The notes beneath the pieces are model-generated. The model was not told where the DNA came from. It was given only the letters and a program-made list of their open reading frames with translations, and did not search any database. The translations under genes and the position numbers were made by a program. A DNA stretch of 64,000 nt from Alphaproteobacteria bacterium (GTDB taxonomy: Bacteria > Pseudomonadota > Alphaproteobacteria > Rs-D84 > CACZYB01), in NCBI GenBank assembly GCA_016297965.1, contig JAEDDP010000001.1:139347-203346 (forward strand), read 5' to 3'. This document shows, one piece after another, positions 31,094 to 41,179 of this stretch (position 1 is its first letter; every line of letters begins with the position of its first letter).

Positions 31094-31333
31094 ATGAAAC
31101 AAGTAAATACAGTATCTGATTTGGCGACTTTACATAAACAACATATGCGGGAAATTTGTATGTTTATACAATCCGAAATAGAAAAGGGTGGCGATCCGGT
31201 TATGGTTGTACGAAAGGTAAGCCACAGTCTTGATATGTCATCATGTGATATTTACAGATTTAACAGGCACGAAGGTTATATTTTCAGTCAATATTTTGGA
31301 AATCATATTTCAAAGTTTAGTAAGGGTAGATAA
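31094..31333 (+). CDS. Small protein carrying one transposase-type HTH-like repeat (possibly the 5' part of the next gene)
   Basis: C-terminal KVSHSLDMSSCDIYRFNRHEGYIF matches the repeat consensus of 31336-32052; stop is 2 nt before the next start, in a different frame. Confidence 0.45.
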   Translation: MKQVNTVSDLATLHKQHMREICMFIQSEIEKGGDPVMVVRKVSHSLDMSSCDIYRFNRHEGYIFSQYFGNHISKFSKGR

Positions 31334-31335
31334 TT

Positions 31336-32052
31336 ATGAGACAAGTATACGATGAAGGTAAAAAGAAAAGCATTTGTTTAGAAGTGAAAAACTTGCAGGA
31401 TGAAGATAAATCTTCGTTGTCGGATATTTTATCGGGTATTTGTGAAAAGTATAATGTCGGAACAAATGAAGTTTATGCATGGAACAAAAAGTTTGGAATG
31501 ATTTTTGATAATAATCTTTTTTCAAAGGAAGAAAAGTTTCAAATTTGTTATATCGTTGCGGAACTTATTCTTTGTAATGTTGGTATTGCTGAGGCGGTTT
31601 CTCTCCTTGCACAAAAAAATGGTATTGAAAAGCATGCAATCTATAAATGGAATAGAGAGCTTAAACTTTTTAAAACATCAAAAAAATATACCGATGAAGA
31701 AAAGAAAAATATCTGTCGTCAGATTGCGGTGCTTGCACATGGTGCAGATAATCCCGCATTTGCAGTGCGGATGATGGCGGAAAAATATGATGTGTCTGTT
31801 AAATCAATATATACATGGAATCAAAAATACAGGATTTTTTCAACGATTGATAATGGAAGAACAACACCTTTTGGTCGTGAATTTTGTATTAAAGTCCTTA
31901 AAGAAGTGGCTGAGCTTGGCGGTAATGTTCCGGCGATAGAAGCGGTTGCAAAAAAGTATGATATTTCTTTTTCCGCGATATATGCATGGAATCGTATATA
32001 TAAGGTTTTTATGACAAGAACTTTGTTGTTATCGGATAAAAATAGCCGATAG
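31336..32052 (+). CDS. Protein composed of four tandem IS3/OrfA-like (HTH_Tnp_1-type) helix-turn-helix repeats
   Basis: Four ~55-aa repeats each ending (A)xKY(N/D)(V/I)(S/G)xxx(I/V)YxWN(K/R/Q)xYxxF, resembling the ...GVSxSTLYRWVKQY motif of IS3-family OrfA. Confidence 0.55.
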   Translation: MRQVYDEGKKKSICLEVKNLQDEDKSSLSDILSGICEKYNVGTNEVYAWNKKFGMIFDNNLFSKEEKFQICYIVAELILCNVGIAEAVSLLAQKNGIEKHAIYKWNRELKLFKTSKKYTDEEKKNICRQIAVLAHGADNPAFAVRMMAEKYDVSVKSIYTWNQKYRIFSTIDNGRTTPFGREFCIKVLKEVAELGGNVPAIEAVAKKYDISFSAIYAWNRIYKVFMTRTLLLSDKNSR

Positions 32053-32146
32053 GATTTCATTCTTTAAGTTTTTTTATTTCCTCTTGAAAAATATAACTGG
32101 TCGGTGTATATTTTCTTCTGACTTTATAATAAAAAGGAGTATTTTT

Positions 32147-33403
32147 ATGAGACGTGTTGTTATTACAGGTATGGGAATTGTAAGTCCTTTTGGCCGTGGC
32201 TTGAAATTTAATTGGGAAGAAGGACTTTTGAAATCTAAATCTGCTATACATAAAATTCAGGGATTTGACACAGAAAAGTTTACAACAAAAATTGCCGGAG
32301 AAGTCCCATTTGGTGATGGGGAAGGTCAATTCAATCCGGAAAGTGTAATTCCTTTTAAAGATATTAAAAAGATGGATAAGTTTATTCAATATGCGATGGC
32401 GGCTGCGACTGATGCTATTGAAGATGCAAATTGGAAACCAGAGTCGGATGAGGAAAAATGCCGTACCGGTGTTATGATTGGTTCCGGTATTGGTGGACTT
32501 GGTACAATATATGAAACTGCAAAGGGAATGGTTGAAAAGGATACCGCAAAGGTTTCTCCTTTCTTTATTCCTGCTTCTCTTATAAACTTGGCATCCGGTC
32601 ATGTTTCAATTAAGTATGGTTTTAAGGGACCGAATCATGCGGTTGTAACTGCATGTGCTACCGGTACTCATGCTATTGGTGATGCATCAAGACTTATTGC
32701 ATTGGGTGATGCCGATGTGATGGTTGCCGGTGGTGCCGAAGCTGCGGTTAATCCAATGGGGGTTGCAGGGTTCAGTGCAACAAAGGCATTATCACAACAC
32801 AATGATGAACCAGAAAAGGCAAGTCGTCCTTGGGATAAGGCTCGCGATGGTTTTGTTATGAGTGAAGGTTCTGGTGTTGTTGTTTTGGAAGAATACGAAC
32901 ATGCAAAGGCTCGTGGTGCACATATTTATGCCGAAGTTATTGGTTATGGTATGAGTGGTGATGCATATCATATGACTGCACCGGCAAGTGATGGTAATGG
33001 TGCAAGACGTGCAATGCAAGCAGCATTAAAATCCGCAAATATAAAACCAGAAGATGTTGATTATATAAATGCACATGGAACATCAACAATGGGTGATATG
33101 CTTGAATTTAATGCGGTGAAGGAAGTATTTTCATCGGCACTTGATAAAATTTCAATGTCATCAACAAAGTCCGCAACTGGACATTTGCTTGGGGCTGCGG
33201 GTGCGGTGGAAGCAATATTCTGTACACTTGCAATTCGTGATCAAATTGTGCCTCCTACACTTAACCTTGATAATCCAGAGGAAGGTACAGAATGTATTGA
33301 TTTGGTTCCATTTACACCAAAGAAAAGAAAGGTTGAAATTGCCCTTTCAAATTCATTTGGATTTGGTGGAACAAATGCCTGTGTTATTTTGAAAAAGATA
33401 TAG
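32147..33403 (+). CDS. fabF: 3-oxoacyl-ACP synthase II (KAS II)
   Basis: RRVVITGMG start with SD aaaggag; active-site Cys (AVVTACATGTHA), His-His motifs (HMTAP, NAHGTST), C-terminal GFGGTN. Confidence 0.95.
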   Translation: MRRVVITGMGIVSPFGRGLKFNWEEGLLKSKSAIHKIQGFDTEKFTTKIAGEVPFGDGEGQFNPESVIPFKDIKKMDKFIQYAMAAATDAIEDANWKPESDEEKCRTGVMIGSGIGGLGTIYETAKGMVEKDTAKVSPFFIPASLINLASGHVSIKYGFKGPNHAVVTACATGTHAIGDASRLIALGDADVMVAGGAEAAVNPMGVAGFSATKALSQHNDEPEKASRPWDKARDGFVMSEGSGVVVLEEYEHAKARGAHIYAEVIGYGMSGDAYHMTAPASDGNGARRAMQAALKSANIKPEDVDYINAHGTSTMGDMLEFNAVKEVFSSALDKISMSSTKSATGHLLGAAGAVEAIFCTLAIRDQIVPPTLNLDNPEEGTECIDLVPFTPKKRKVEIALSNSFGFGGTNACVILKKI

Positions 33404-33420
33404 TTAGGTATATTTCATTT

Positions 33421-33450
33421 AAAAGGCCTCCCGCTGGGAGGTTTTTTTAT
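33421..33450 (+). terminator. Intrinsic terminator after fabF
   Basis: aaaaggcctcccgctgggaggttttttt. Confidence 0.7.
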
Positions 33451-33516
33451 ATGTTTATCTTCGTTGATTTTGGGATGAAGTGTTATTATAATTGTTGTTG
33501 CATAATGTAAGAGGGC

Positions 33517-34065
33517 GTGATGGTTCAAAGGTGTAAGTGGTGCAATGTTAAAAATGAATCGTATGTGAAGTATCATGATACGGAATTTGGTGTTCCGGTT
33601 TTGGATGAACGATACATTTTTGAAATGTTTATTTTGGAAACTTTTCAGGCGGGGTTGTCGTGGGAATGCGTCCTTAATAAACGATTGGATTTTGAGGTTG
33701 CATTTGATTATTTTGATATTGATAAGATTTGTGAATATGATGAGGTGAAAATTACCAAACTCCTTAACAACCCACGACTTATCAGGAACAAACTTAAAAT
33801 GAAGGCGGTGGTTAATAATGCCAAAATTTATAGGGGGATTGTAAAATTGTTTGGTTCGTTTTATGCATATTTAAAAAGCTTTGCCGGAGATAAGGTTATT
33901 TATGAGGTTGGACCGACGACTTCACCGCTTTCGAATAAGATTTCGGCAGATTTAAAATCACGTGGAATGAAGTTTGTTGGAAGTACGACAATTTATTCAT
34001 TTTTACAGGCGATAGGTATTATTTACGCACACGATGAAAACTGTTATAAATACAGAAAAAACTAA
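33517..34065 (+). CDS. tag: DNA-3-methyladenine glycosylase I
   Basis: CxWC...YHDxE(F/W)GVP N-terminal zinc motif and FExxxLExFQAGLSW block typical of Tag. Confidence 0.85.
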   Translation: MMVQRCKWCNVKNESYVKYHDTEFGVPVLDERYIFEMFILETFQAGLSWECVLNKRLDFEVAFDYFDIDKICEYDEVKITKLLNNPRLIRNKLKMKAVVNNAKIYRGIVKLFGSFYAYLKSFAGDKVIYEVGPTTSPLSNKISADLKSRGMKFVGSTTIYSFLQAIGIIYAHDENCYKYRKN

Positions 34066-34157
34066 GTCGTTTGTTATCATAAAATATCCTTGATTATTTT
34101 CCTTTGCCTTTATATAATTCATTTTGGGTAAGGGTAATTTTTTATAAAGAGAGAAAA

Positions 34158-36893
34158 ATGTTTAAAAAGTTTTTAAGTCTTGGTACCGTTTTATTGCTTG
34201 GTGGATGTTTGACAACATCGGATACCGGTTCGCGTGTTTCGGGGTCTTCATCATCGGGTGGTTCACATTCATCCGGTGGAAGTTCGGACAGAAATCATAA
34301 TAACAGTTCAACAAAGCTTAATCGTATTTCAAAGATTGCCGATTTATCAAAGGATATTGCCGAAGAAAATAAATCCCGTGTAACAAGTGCGTTTAAAAAG
34401 TATAATGAAAATAATTCAACCGGAAAAATTTCCTTTACCACAGAAAATTTTGAATATGCGGATGACATTTTGAAAAATCAAAGTACGGTGAATAATTTGG
34501 CGGGATTGTCATCATCGTATGATACGGTACTTTCCAATTTATCAAACTGGAATTCAACGCTTTCAGGTGTATCACAAAGTTTAGCGGATGCAACACAAAA
34601 TCTTAATTCTAAAAAATCGTCGTTATCACAAAGTCAAACTGCACTTGACCAAACAAAGACAGACCTTATTGCAGAGGAGCAAAAGTTGGATGGGTATTAT
34701 GCAGAGTTGGCAAATTTGTGGAAATTAAAATCTGAATATGGTTCGAATGATTACAGTGGTCCACAGATGTCCACTTTGTTGGGAATGATAAGTCAGAAAC
34801 AACAACAAATAAATAGTTCAGAATCCACTTGTTCTTCGTATCGTAATTCAATATCTTCGTACGAGTCCACAATATCATCCCTTAACAGTGAGATAAGCTC
34901 CGTTCAACAAGATGTGAATAATTATACTTCACAAAAGGATGAAGCGACCGCAAAGGTTAATCAGTATACAAATGAAAAGGCAAGTTTGGAGGATACGATA
35001 ACCACGGAAATACAAAAATTTGATGCGAATTTTAGTGCATCAAAATACGGGGATGCCCTTTCAACCGAAATTAAAAATCGGGTGAATATATATTCCGGAT
35101 ACTATATTATGTCAACAAGACTTGCCAATGTGAAGGTGTTGCTTGATGCCTATGATGAAGGAAAATATACATCCGGTGGAACATCATATACCCGTGGAAG
35201 TTATTATGAAAACAAGGCATTGTTGAATGATTACAACAAGTATTTGCTTGGCAAAAAACGGTCGGATTTTTCAAGTGATAAGGATTATGCGGATTGGCTT
35301 TCGGCCAATGCAACATCATTTTCTGGAAACAGGGCAAGTTATACAAGTGATGCTGCATATATTACCGCGGTGCAGACGGCATATTTTAATTGGGTAAAGG
35401 TTTTGTCCGGTTTGGAAAATTATGCAAAATCTTCATATTCAGCGGATGATTATAATGCGATAATGAATGCACTTAGTTCAAAGCGGTCAAGTTTGGCGAA
35501 TGTGGTTAAAACACTTGAAGATGTGATGGTTGGCGCCCTTAAAAAACTTGATAGCACATATACAAGTGATGAACTTCCGTTGACACTTTCGCAATACATT
35601 GCATTTTTCAGAAACCAGAAAAAGATTTTATCGGCCATAAGTGGTGTTGATTATATTTATGATGTGACGGTTCATCCGGAAGGTGCAGTTTCGGCAACAT
35701 CAACCGGTGATGAAAGTTCAAAATCGGTTTTGACCTATGACTATAATTCCGCCATTTCAGATTACATTTTGAATTTTAGGGAAACTTCAAAAAGTGGTAC
35801 AAACAAAAATGACACGGTTGTAAGTTTTAAGGCGAGTGATTTTAGTGCAAGTGGTAAGGCGTACGTTGCCACATCAACAAGGACCGTTTCAAAGACAGAA
35901 GATTACTATACATTCCTTTCTGGTGTAGAGTCGTATGTGTACGGGGGTGGGGTATTGGATGCAGAAGTTGAATCACGTAGAAAGTACGCACTTTCTGTAT
36001 TTACTCGTGTTCAAAATGGCACTGCAACAGATGCGGAAAAGGCTGTTTTAAAACAATGGCTTGGTTCCAATTTTTCATCGGATATTACAAGTGTTGCCTT
36101 TTCATCCCTTACCGACAATGAAAAGTTGAAATTCAATTTGGCAATGTATATGCTTGGCAAGGAAAAGCCAGATTTCACCGTTGACAAGGCACGAATTATT
36201 ACCGATACGGTAAAGCTTGGCGGAACGGTTGCGGGACTTACATTTTCCGATTTCGGTATTTGGAGTATAAAGGGTATGAATAAGTATACCGGAGATGAGC
36301 AACTTTTGGCAAAGAATTTGGATGGAAAGTTTTCATCCGATACCTATCACGTGCAATATCCGTTTATAAGTGGTATGTCGCAATTTAAGCAGGGGTATGC
36401 TTCCGATTCAACACTTGCGGCTGGAAAATCCGTTGTATTTAAAGGAAATGCACTTGGTGTTGCGACACTTTCCGGAAATAATCAGAGTGATACCTTGGTG
36501 AAGGATTTGTCGGGTTCGGCTACACTTACCGTTGCGAATGATTTGCAAACAAAAAATGGTGTTTCATCCATTTATGGAAATTTAAGTGTGAACTTTGATA
36601 ATTACTATTCATTCAAATTTGCCGATATTGATGTGGCAAGCAAGAATGGATTTAAGTCATCCAATGTTTCAATTGAAAGTTCAAGCAAGGTTGCGAATAC
36701 CGATAAGTTCCAATTTGGAAGCTCGCCAACGCTTAGTGGTTCGGTTACCGGACAAATGTATGGTTTGGAAACGAATCGTCCAACAGAAGCGGTTGGTATG
36801 TTTGATGTGTCATCAAAAACAATTCACAATGACCCAACAAATTCAACCTATTCAAAACTTACCGTTGAAGGTGCGTTTGGTGTAAAGAAGTAA
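34158..36893 (+). CDS. Giant surface lipoprotein (candidate Slam-dependent SLP) with TbpB/fHbp-type C-terminal 8-strand barrel signature
   Basis: Lipoprotein signal MFKKFLSLGTVLLLGGC; Ser/Gly-rich linker; ~800 aa novel region with coiled-coil stretches; C-terminus GQMYGLETNRPTEAVGMF...EGAFGVKK matches the GxFYGxxAEExGGxF...xFGAK(K/R) signature of TbpB_B_D/Lipoprotein_5 domains; translationally coupled to the next gene. Confidence 0.6.
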   Translation: MFKKFLSLGTVLLLGGCLTTSDTGSRVSGSSSSGGSHSSGGSSDRNHNNSSTKLNRISKIADLSKDIAEENKSRVTSAFKKYNENNSTGKISFTTENFEYADDILKNQSTVNNLAGLSSSYDTVLSNLSNWNSTLSGVSQSLADATQNLNSKKSSLSQSQTALDQTKTDLIAEEQKLDGYYAELANLWKLKSEYGSNDYSGPQMSTLLGMISQKQQQINSSESTCSSYRNSISSYESTISSLNSEISSVQQDVNNYTSQKDEATAKVNQYTNEKASLEDTITTEIQKFDANFSASKYGDALSTEIKNRVNIYSGYYIMSTRLANVKVLLDAYDEGKYTSGGTSYTRGSYYENKALLNDYNKYLLGKKRSDFSSDKDYADWLSANATSFSGNRASYTSDAAYITAVQTAYFNWVKVLSGLENYAKSSYSADDYNAIMNALSSKRSSLANVVKTLEDVMVGALKKLDSTYTSDELPLTLSQYIAFFRNQKKILSAISGVDYIYDVTVHPEGAVSATSTGDESSKSVLTYDYNSAISDYILNFRETSKSGTNKNDTVVSFKASDFSASGKAYVATSTRTVSKTEDYYTFLSGVESYVYGGGVLDAEVESRRKYALSVFTRVQNGTATDAEKAVLKQWLGSNFSSDITSVAFSSLTDNEKLKFNLAMYMLGKEKPDFTVDKARIITDTVKLGGTVAGLTFSDFGIWSIKGMNKYTGDEQLLAKNLDGKFSSDTYHVQYPFISGMSQFKQGYASDSTLAAGKSVVFKGNALGVATLSGNNQSDTLVKDLSGSATLTVANDLQTKNGVSSIYGNLSVNFDNYYSFKFADIDVASKNGFKSSNVSIESSSKVANTDKFQFGSSPTLSGSVTGQMYGLETNRPTEAVGMFDVSSKTIHNDPTNSTYSKLTVEGAFGVKK

Positions 36894-36896
36894 GTA

Positions 36897-38381
36897 ATGT
36901 TTTTTGTTGGGGAACTTTTTCGCGTATTGTTTTATGTCCTTTTTATAGGATGTTTTTCCTTTTTGTTTGATGTGGGCGCCCGTGCATCGGTTGGTGATGT
37001 GGAGGGGGAGGAGCTTGTTTTTGACTCGTCAAAGGTTGGTGTGCCTTTGCCTGCGGAAGTGTCTGTTAAAAAAGAAGTGGTTCCGGCAAATGTAGAAAAA
37101 GCCACGGTGGATGATAATTTTTCCGTATCAAAGGAGAATGCCCTTCTTATTGCAAAGAATATGGTTGCAAGGGGGATGTTTGATGATGCCCTTGTCATCC
37201 TTAACAAAATACAATTTGATATAGAAACAGAGCGTGATTTGGAATTAGAGCGGTGGTTCCTTTTGGGGCAAATTGCAATGGCAAAATCCGATTATGACGG
37301 GGCGATTGCTTTGTTTCGGAAGATATTGGATGTTAATCCGGACCTTTCACGGGTGCGGTTGGATTTGTCCCTTGCCTATATGCAAACGGGTTCGTATATA
37401 AGGGCAAATTATAATTTTCGGCTTGCCATGGCGGGGAATTTGCCGGATACCGTGTCCGAAAATGTTTCAAAATTTCTTTATATTCTTCGCGCAAATAAAA
37501 ACTATGGCTTTTGGTTTAATTTTGGAATTGCACCGGATTCAAATATAAATAATACCAGATCCGGAACACAATGTGTAAATACAATTTTTGGTGTGCTTTG
37601 TAATGATTTACCCGGTGCGGAGGACAAGGTTGGATACAACTTTGCCTTTGGTGGTGATTATGAATTTCGGTTGTCCGAAAGGTGGCGGATAAAGTCAGAT
37701 TTGGGGATGAACATTTCAAAATATGATGAACGGGATTATGATGATTATTCGGTTTCTGCGTCGGTTGGTCCACGATATATTTTTGATGGTGGTGAACTTT
37801 ATTTGGGGCTTTCGGGGCAACGACGATATTTGGCACATACTCCGTATAGCTATTTTATTGGTGCGAAGATGTCCGGAAACTATGATATTACGCAACGGCT
37901 TTCGTTTGGGGCATCGCTTTATATTTCACCAATGAGATATGATAATGTTAAGGCGTTGGATGGGAACAACTGGGGTATTGCTTCACAATTTGCATATTCT
38001 CTTACTCCATCAAAGTATATGATTTTCAAATCTGGGTATGACAGGGAAGAAACCGATGCGCCAGCGTACAGGAATGGCAAGGTTAATTTTGGTATTGGTT
38101 TTGGGGCGGAACTTTATGGTGGTTATTCAATCTATTTGGAACCATCGGTTGTGTTTACAAATTATGATAATCCACGCCCTTATATAAAGGATAATTTTTA
38201 TCAACCGATTAAGCGAAATGATACAACGTGGAAGTATCAAATAACACTTGCAAACAAGAAAATAAATCTTTATGGATTTACTCCAACCTTTGGTTATACC
38301 TATACTTCACGGAACAGTAATGTATGGCAGGAGGAGTATTCAAAGCATTCATTTAATTTTGGTTTTTCACAACGTTTTTAA
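36897..38381 (+). CDS. Slam-like (DUF560) outer-membrane protein: N-terminal TPR domain + C-terminal beta-barrel
   Basis: 494 aa (Neisseria Slam1 is ~490 aa); signal peptide; TPR-like helical repeats (residues ~80-200); C-terminal half is alternating-strand barrel ending in aromatic F (FGFSQRF); start 3 nt after the lipoprotein stop. Confidence 0.6.
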   Translation: MFFVGELFRVLFYVLFIGCFSFLFDVGARASVGDVEGEELVFDSSKVGVPLPAEVSVKKEVVPANVEKATVDDNFSVSKENALLIAKNMVARGMFDDALVILNKIQFDIETERDLELERWFLLGQIAMAKSDYDGAIALFRKILDVNPDLSRVRLDLSLAYMQTGSYIRANYNFRLAMAGNLPDTVSENVSKFLYILRANKNYGFWFNFGIAPDSNINNTRSGTQCVNTIFGVLCNDLPGAEDKVGYNFAFGGDYEFRLSERWRIKSDLGMNISKYDERDYDDYSVSASVGPRYIFDGGELYLGLSGQRRYLAHTPYSYFIGAKMSGNYDITQRLSFGASLYISPMRYDNVKALDGNNWGIASQFAYSLTPSKYMIFKSGYDREETDAPAYRNGKVNFGIGFGAELYGGYSIYLEPSVVFTNYDNPRPYIKDNFYQPIKRNDTTWKYQITLANKKINLYGFTPTFGYTYTSRNSNVWQEEYSKHSFNFGFSQRF

Positions 38382-38499
38382 TTGACATTTATTTTTTTTG
38401 GATGATAATCACAAACTGTATTTTGTGGCGTTGAATAAACTTTTTTATAGTATATTGTTCATATTATTTTGCCGAAATTGTTGATTATAAAAAGAGGTT

Positions 38500-39897
38500 T
38501 TGATTATGAGTCAAGATAAGAATGAGTTGGCGATTACTCCTGTTAAATCGTTGATATTAAAATTTGCACTTCCATCTGTGATTGCGTTTTTGGTGAACTC
38601 GCTTTACAGTATTATTGATCAAATTTTTGTTGGTAATTATGCGGGGTATAAGGCGAATGCCGCAACATCAATTATATTTCCGGTTTTTATGTTTAGTATG
38701 GCGGTTGCGTCGTGTATATCCGAAGGTGGTGTGGCATACTTTTCATTGCAACTTGGTGCCGGTCATAAAAAGATTTCCGAAAAAATATTTGGTAATGTGT
38801 TAAGGTTGCTTATTATATTTCCAATATTCATAACTGTGTTTTCGTATATATTTTTGGATGAAATGTTGGTGTTTTTTGGTGCGACGGAGGAGATAATCCC
38901 ACTTGCAAAAGATTATGCAAAAATTATATTTTTGGGTGGACCGTTTTCCCTTTTGGGTATGGGGCTTAACTCCTTTATTCGTGCGGATGGAAGTCCACGG
39001 TATGCGATGTCATCAATGCTTGTTGGTGCGATTTTAAACCTTATCCTTGACCCAATATTTATTTCCGTATTTGGATGGGGAGTAAAGGGTGCCGCATGGG
39101 CAACAGTTATTGGTGAAACTGCGTCGTTTATCGTATCCGTACTTTATCTTCCAAAGTTCAGGGCGTTGAAGGTAAAGCTTTCAAGTTTGAAATTCAGTCT
39201 TCCTATTGTGAAAAAAATTATACTTTATGGAACATCAAATTTCTTTATTTCCGTGGCGATTACATTTGTGATTATTGTTTATAATAACAGTCTTAATAAA
39301 TACGGAAGTGAAACAATTTACGGAAGTACGATACCACTCTCTGCGTATGCATTGACGGCAAAGGTTAACCAGATATTTATGTCTTTTATGATTGGTATAG
39401 GTATAAGTTTACAACCTATTGTTGGATATAATTATGGTGCAAGAAATTATGCAAGGGTTAAGGAGACATTTATATATTGTCTTCGGATTGCTGTTGGAAT
39501 TGGGCTTTTGTTTTCAATTGTATTACAGATATTCCCACATTTCTTTGTACGGTTGTTTGGTGAAGGAAATGAGCTTTATTACAAATTTGCGGATATGTCG
39601 TTCAGGATTATTTTTTCCGCCCAGATGTTTACCGCATTTGCAATTATTATAAGTAATTTTTTCCGTGCGATTGGAAAGCCATTGTATTCCATACTTTCCG
39701 CTGGGTCACGATTTACAATATTTTTTATTCCAATAATTTACATTGTACCAAAGTTTTTGGGATTGAAGGGTGTGTTGCTTTCAACACCGATTTGTGAAGT
39801 GTTGTCGGCGGGATTTTCAATCTGGCTTATGCATGGGGAAATGAAAAAGTTAAACAGACTTATTAAAAATGAAGAAAAAAGAAAGGGAAGCTTGTAA
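38500..39897 (+). CDS. MATE family multidrug efflux transporter
   Basis: 465 aa, 12 predicted TM helices, duplicated 6-TM MatE repeat pattern. Confidence 0.8.
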   Translation: MIMSQDKNELAITPVKSLILKFALPSVIAFLVNSLYSIIDQIFVGNYAGYKANAATSIIFPVFMFSMAVASCISEGGVAYFSLQLGAGHKKISEKIFGNVLRLLIIFPIFITVFSYIFLDEMLVFFGATEEIIPLAKDYAKIIFLGGPFSLLGMGLNSFIRADGSPRYAMSSMLVGAILNLILDPIFISVFGWGVKGAAWATVIGETASFIVSVLYLPKFRALKVKLSSLKFSLPIVKKIILYGTSNFFISVAITFVIIVYNNSLNKYGSETIYGSTIPLSAYALTAKVNQIFMSFMIGIGISLQPIVGYNYGARNYARVKETFIYCLRIAVGIGLLFSIVLQIFPHFFVRLFGEGNELYYKFADMSFRIIFSAQMFTAFAIIISNFFRAIGKPLYSILSAGSRFTIFFIPIIYIVPKFLGLKGVLLSTPICEVLSAGFSIWLMHGEMKKLNRLIKNEEKRKGSL

Positions 39898-39909
39898 TGG
39901 CTTCTTTTT

Positions 39910-40956
39910 TTAATCACGTTCAAATACGGCAACCAATTCAAGGTGTGTCGTATTCGGAAATTGGTCAATAGGGGTTATCTTTTTAATTCTGTATCCACCA
40001 TTTATCAAAATTTTTGCATCGGTTGTGAATGCGACCGGATTACACGAGATGTAAACAACAGTTTTTGTGGTTGCATCACGAAGTTTTAAACATTGTGCCT
40101 TTGCCCCATCACGTGGTGGGTCAAGGACGATAAAATCAAATTCATTAAGCTTTTCCGTGGACAGTGGATGTTTGAAAAGGTCAACGGATTTTGCCATAAT
40201 GTTGAAATGGTTGGAGTGTGCAATTTTTGCAAGATGTTTTATTGCATCTTCATCACAATCATAGGCAAAAACGGTATCCGAAAAATCCCGCAAATAAAAT
40301 GAAAAAAGCCCAAGTCCGCAAAATATATCGGCGGAGGTTTTGAAATGTTTACCCCTTATCACATCAAGGACAGCATCAACAATTTTTTGTTCGCTTTCCT
40401 TTGTTGGTTGAAGGAATGTTTTTGGTGGGTATGGAATTTTTGTTCCATTGAAAATTATTATTGGTTCCGCCTGCTTATATACCTCAACATTGCCGGAAGT
40501 TATGTGTAGGATGTTGTGTTCTTCGGCAAATGTCCGTATTTTTGGTGTATCGGTTGGCATAAGCGCAATATTTTCAAAATGAATGCAAAGTCCGTTGTCG
40601 GCGGATGTGATTACAATTCCACCTTCACTTCTTTTTACAAATGATTTGAAAAGTTTTTTAAGTGGCTGGATAAGTGCATTTATTTCATCACGAAGTAGGG
40701 GGCATTTATTTATTGGAACAACATCGTTTGATTTGAATTTGTAAAATCCAGTGTTGCATCCGTAATCAACCTTTAATGTTGCCTTTCTTCGTATGCCGGA
40801 TGGAAAGGTTTGCATTGGTGCCATTTCATCGTATGGAAGGTCGCCCAAAATTTTTAAAAGTTGGTTTTGTTTTTCGGTACAATAGTTTTGTATTGTCAAT
40901 CCCTGGATTTGGCAACCACCGCATTTTTCAAAATATATACATTTATTTTCAATCAT
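39910..40956 (-). CDS. 23S rRNA (uracil-5-)-methyltransferase RumA/RlmD family (no TRAM domain)
   Basis: N-terminal 4-Cys Fe-S cluster motif CIYFEKCGGCQ, SAM-binding motif DIFCGLGLFS, catalytic C-terminus (DPPR, SCNP). Confidence 0.8.
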   Translation of the reverse strand: MIENKCIYFEKCGGCQIQGLTIQNYCTEKQNQLLKILGDLPYDEMAPMQTFPSGIRRKATLKVDYGCNTGFYKFKSNDVVPINKCPLLRDEINALIQPLKKLFKSFVKRSEGGIVITSADNGLCIHFENIALMPTDTPKIRTFAEEHNILHITSGNVEVYKQAEPIIIFNGTKIPYPPKTFLQPTKESEQKIVDAVLDVIRGKHFKTSADIFCGLGLFSFYLRDFSDTVFAYDCDEDAIKHLAKIAHSNHFNIMAKSVDLFKHPLSTEKLNEFDFIVLDPPRDGAKAQCLKLRDATTKTVVYISCNPVAFTTDAKILINGGYRIKKITPIDQFPNTTHLELVAVFERD

Positions 40957-41179
40957 AATGTTTTTATTATATGTATTTTATGGCGGTTTATCAAGTGTTA
41001 TTTGGTGTTTTAAAGGAATTTGTTCTTTTAAATAAATCTTGTTTTCTGTGGTGAAGGAATTATAATTTTATTTGTTAATATGGTTTCAAGTATTAAAGAG
41101 TTGTTGTTGGTTATCGGCTTGTTTATCTTTTTACTTCATCATATTTTCATATTATTAACTTTTTAATTATGAGGACTTA

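Noticed and set aside
32057-32602. 181-aa minus-strand ORF
   Set aside because: Antisense to the 5' half of fabF, which is unambiguous
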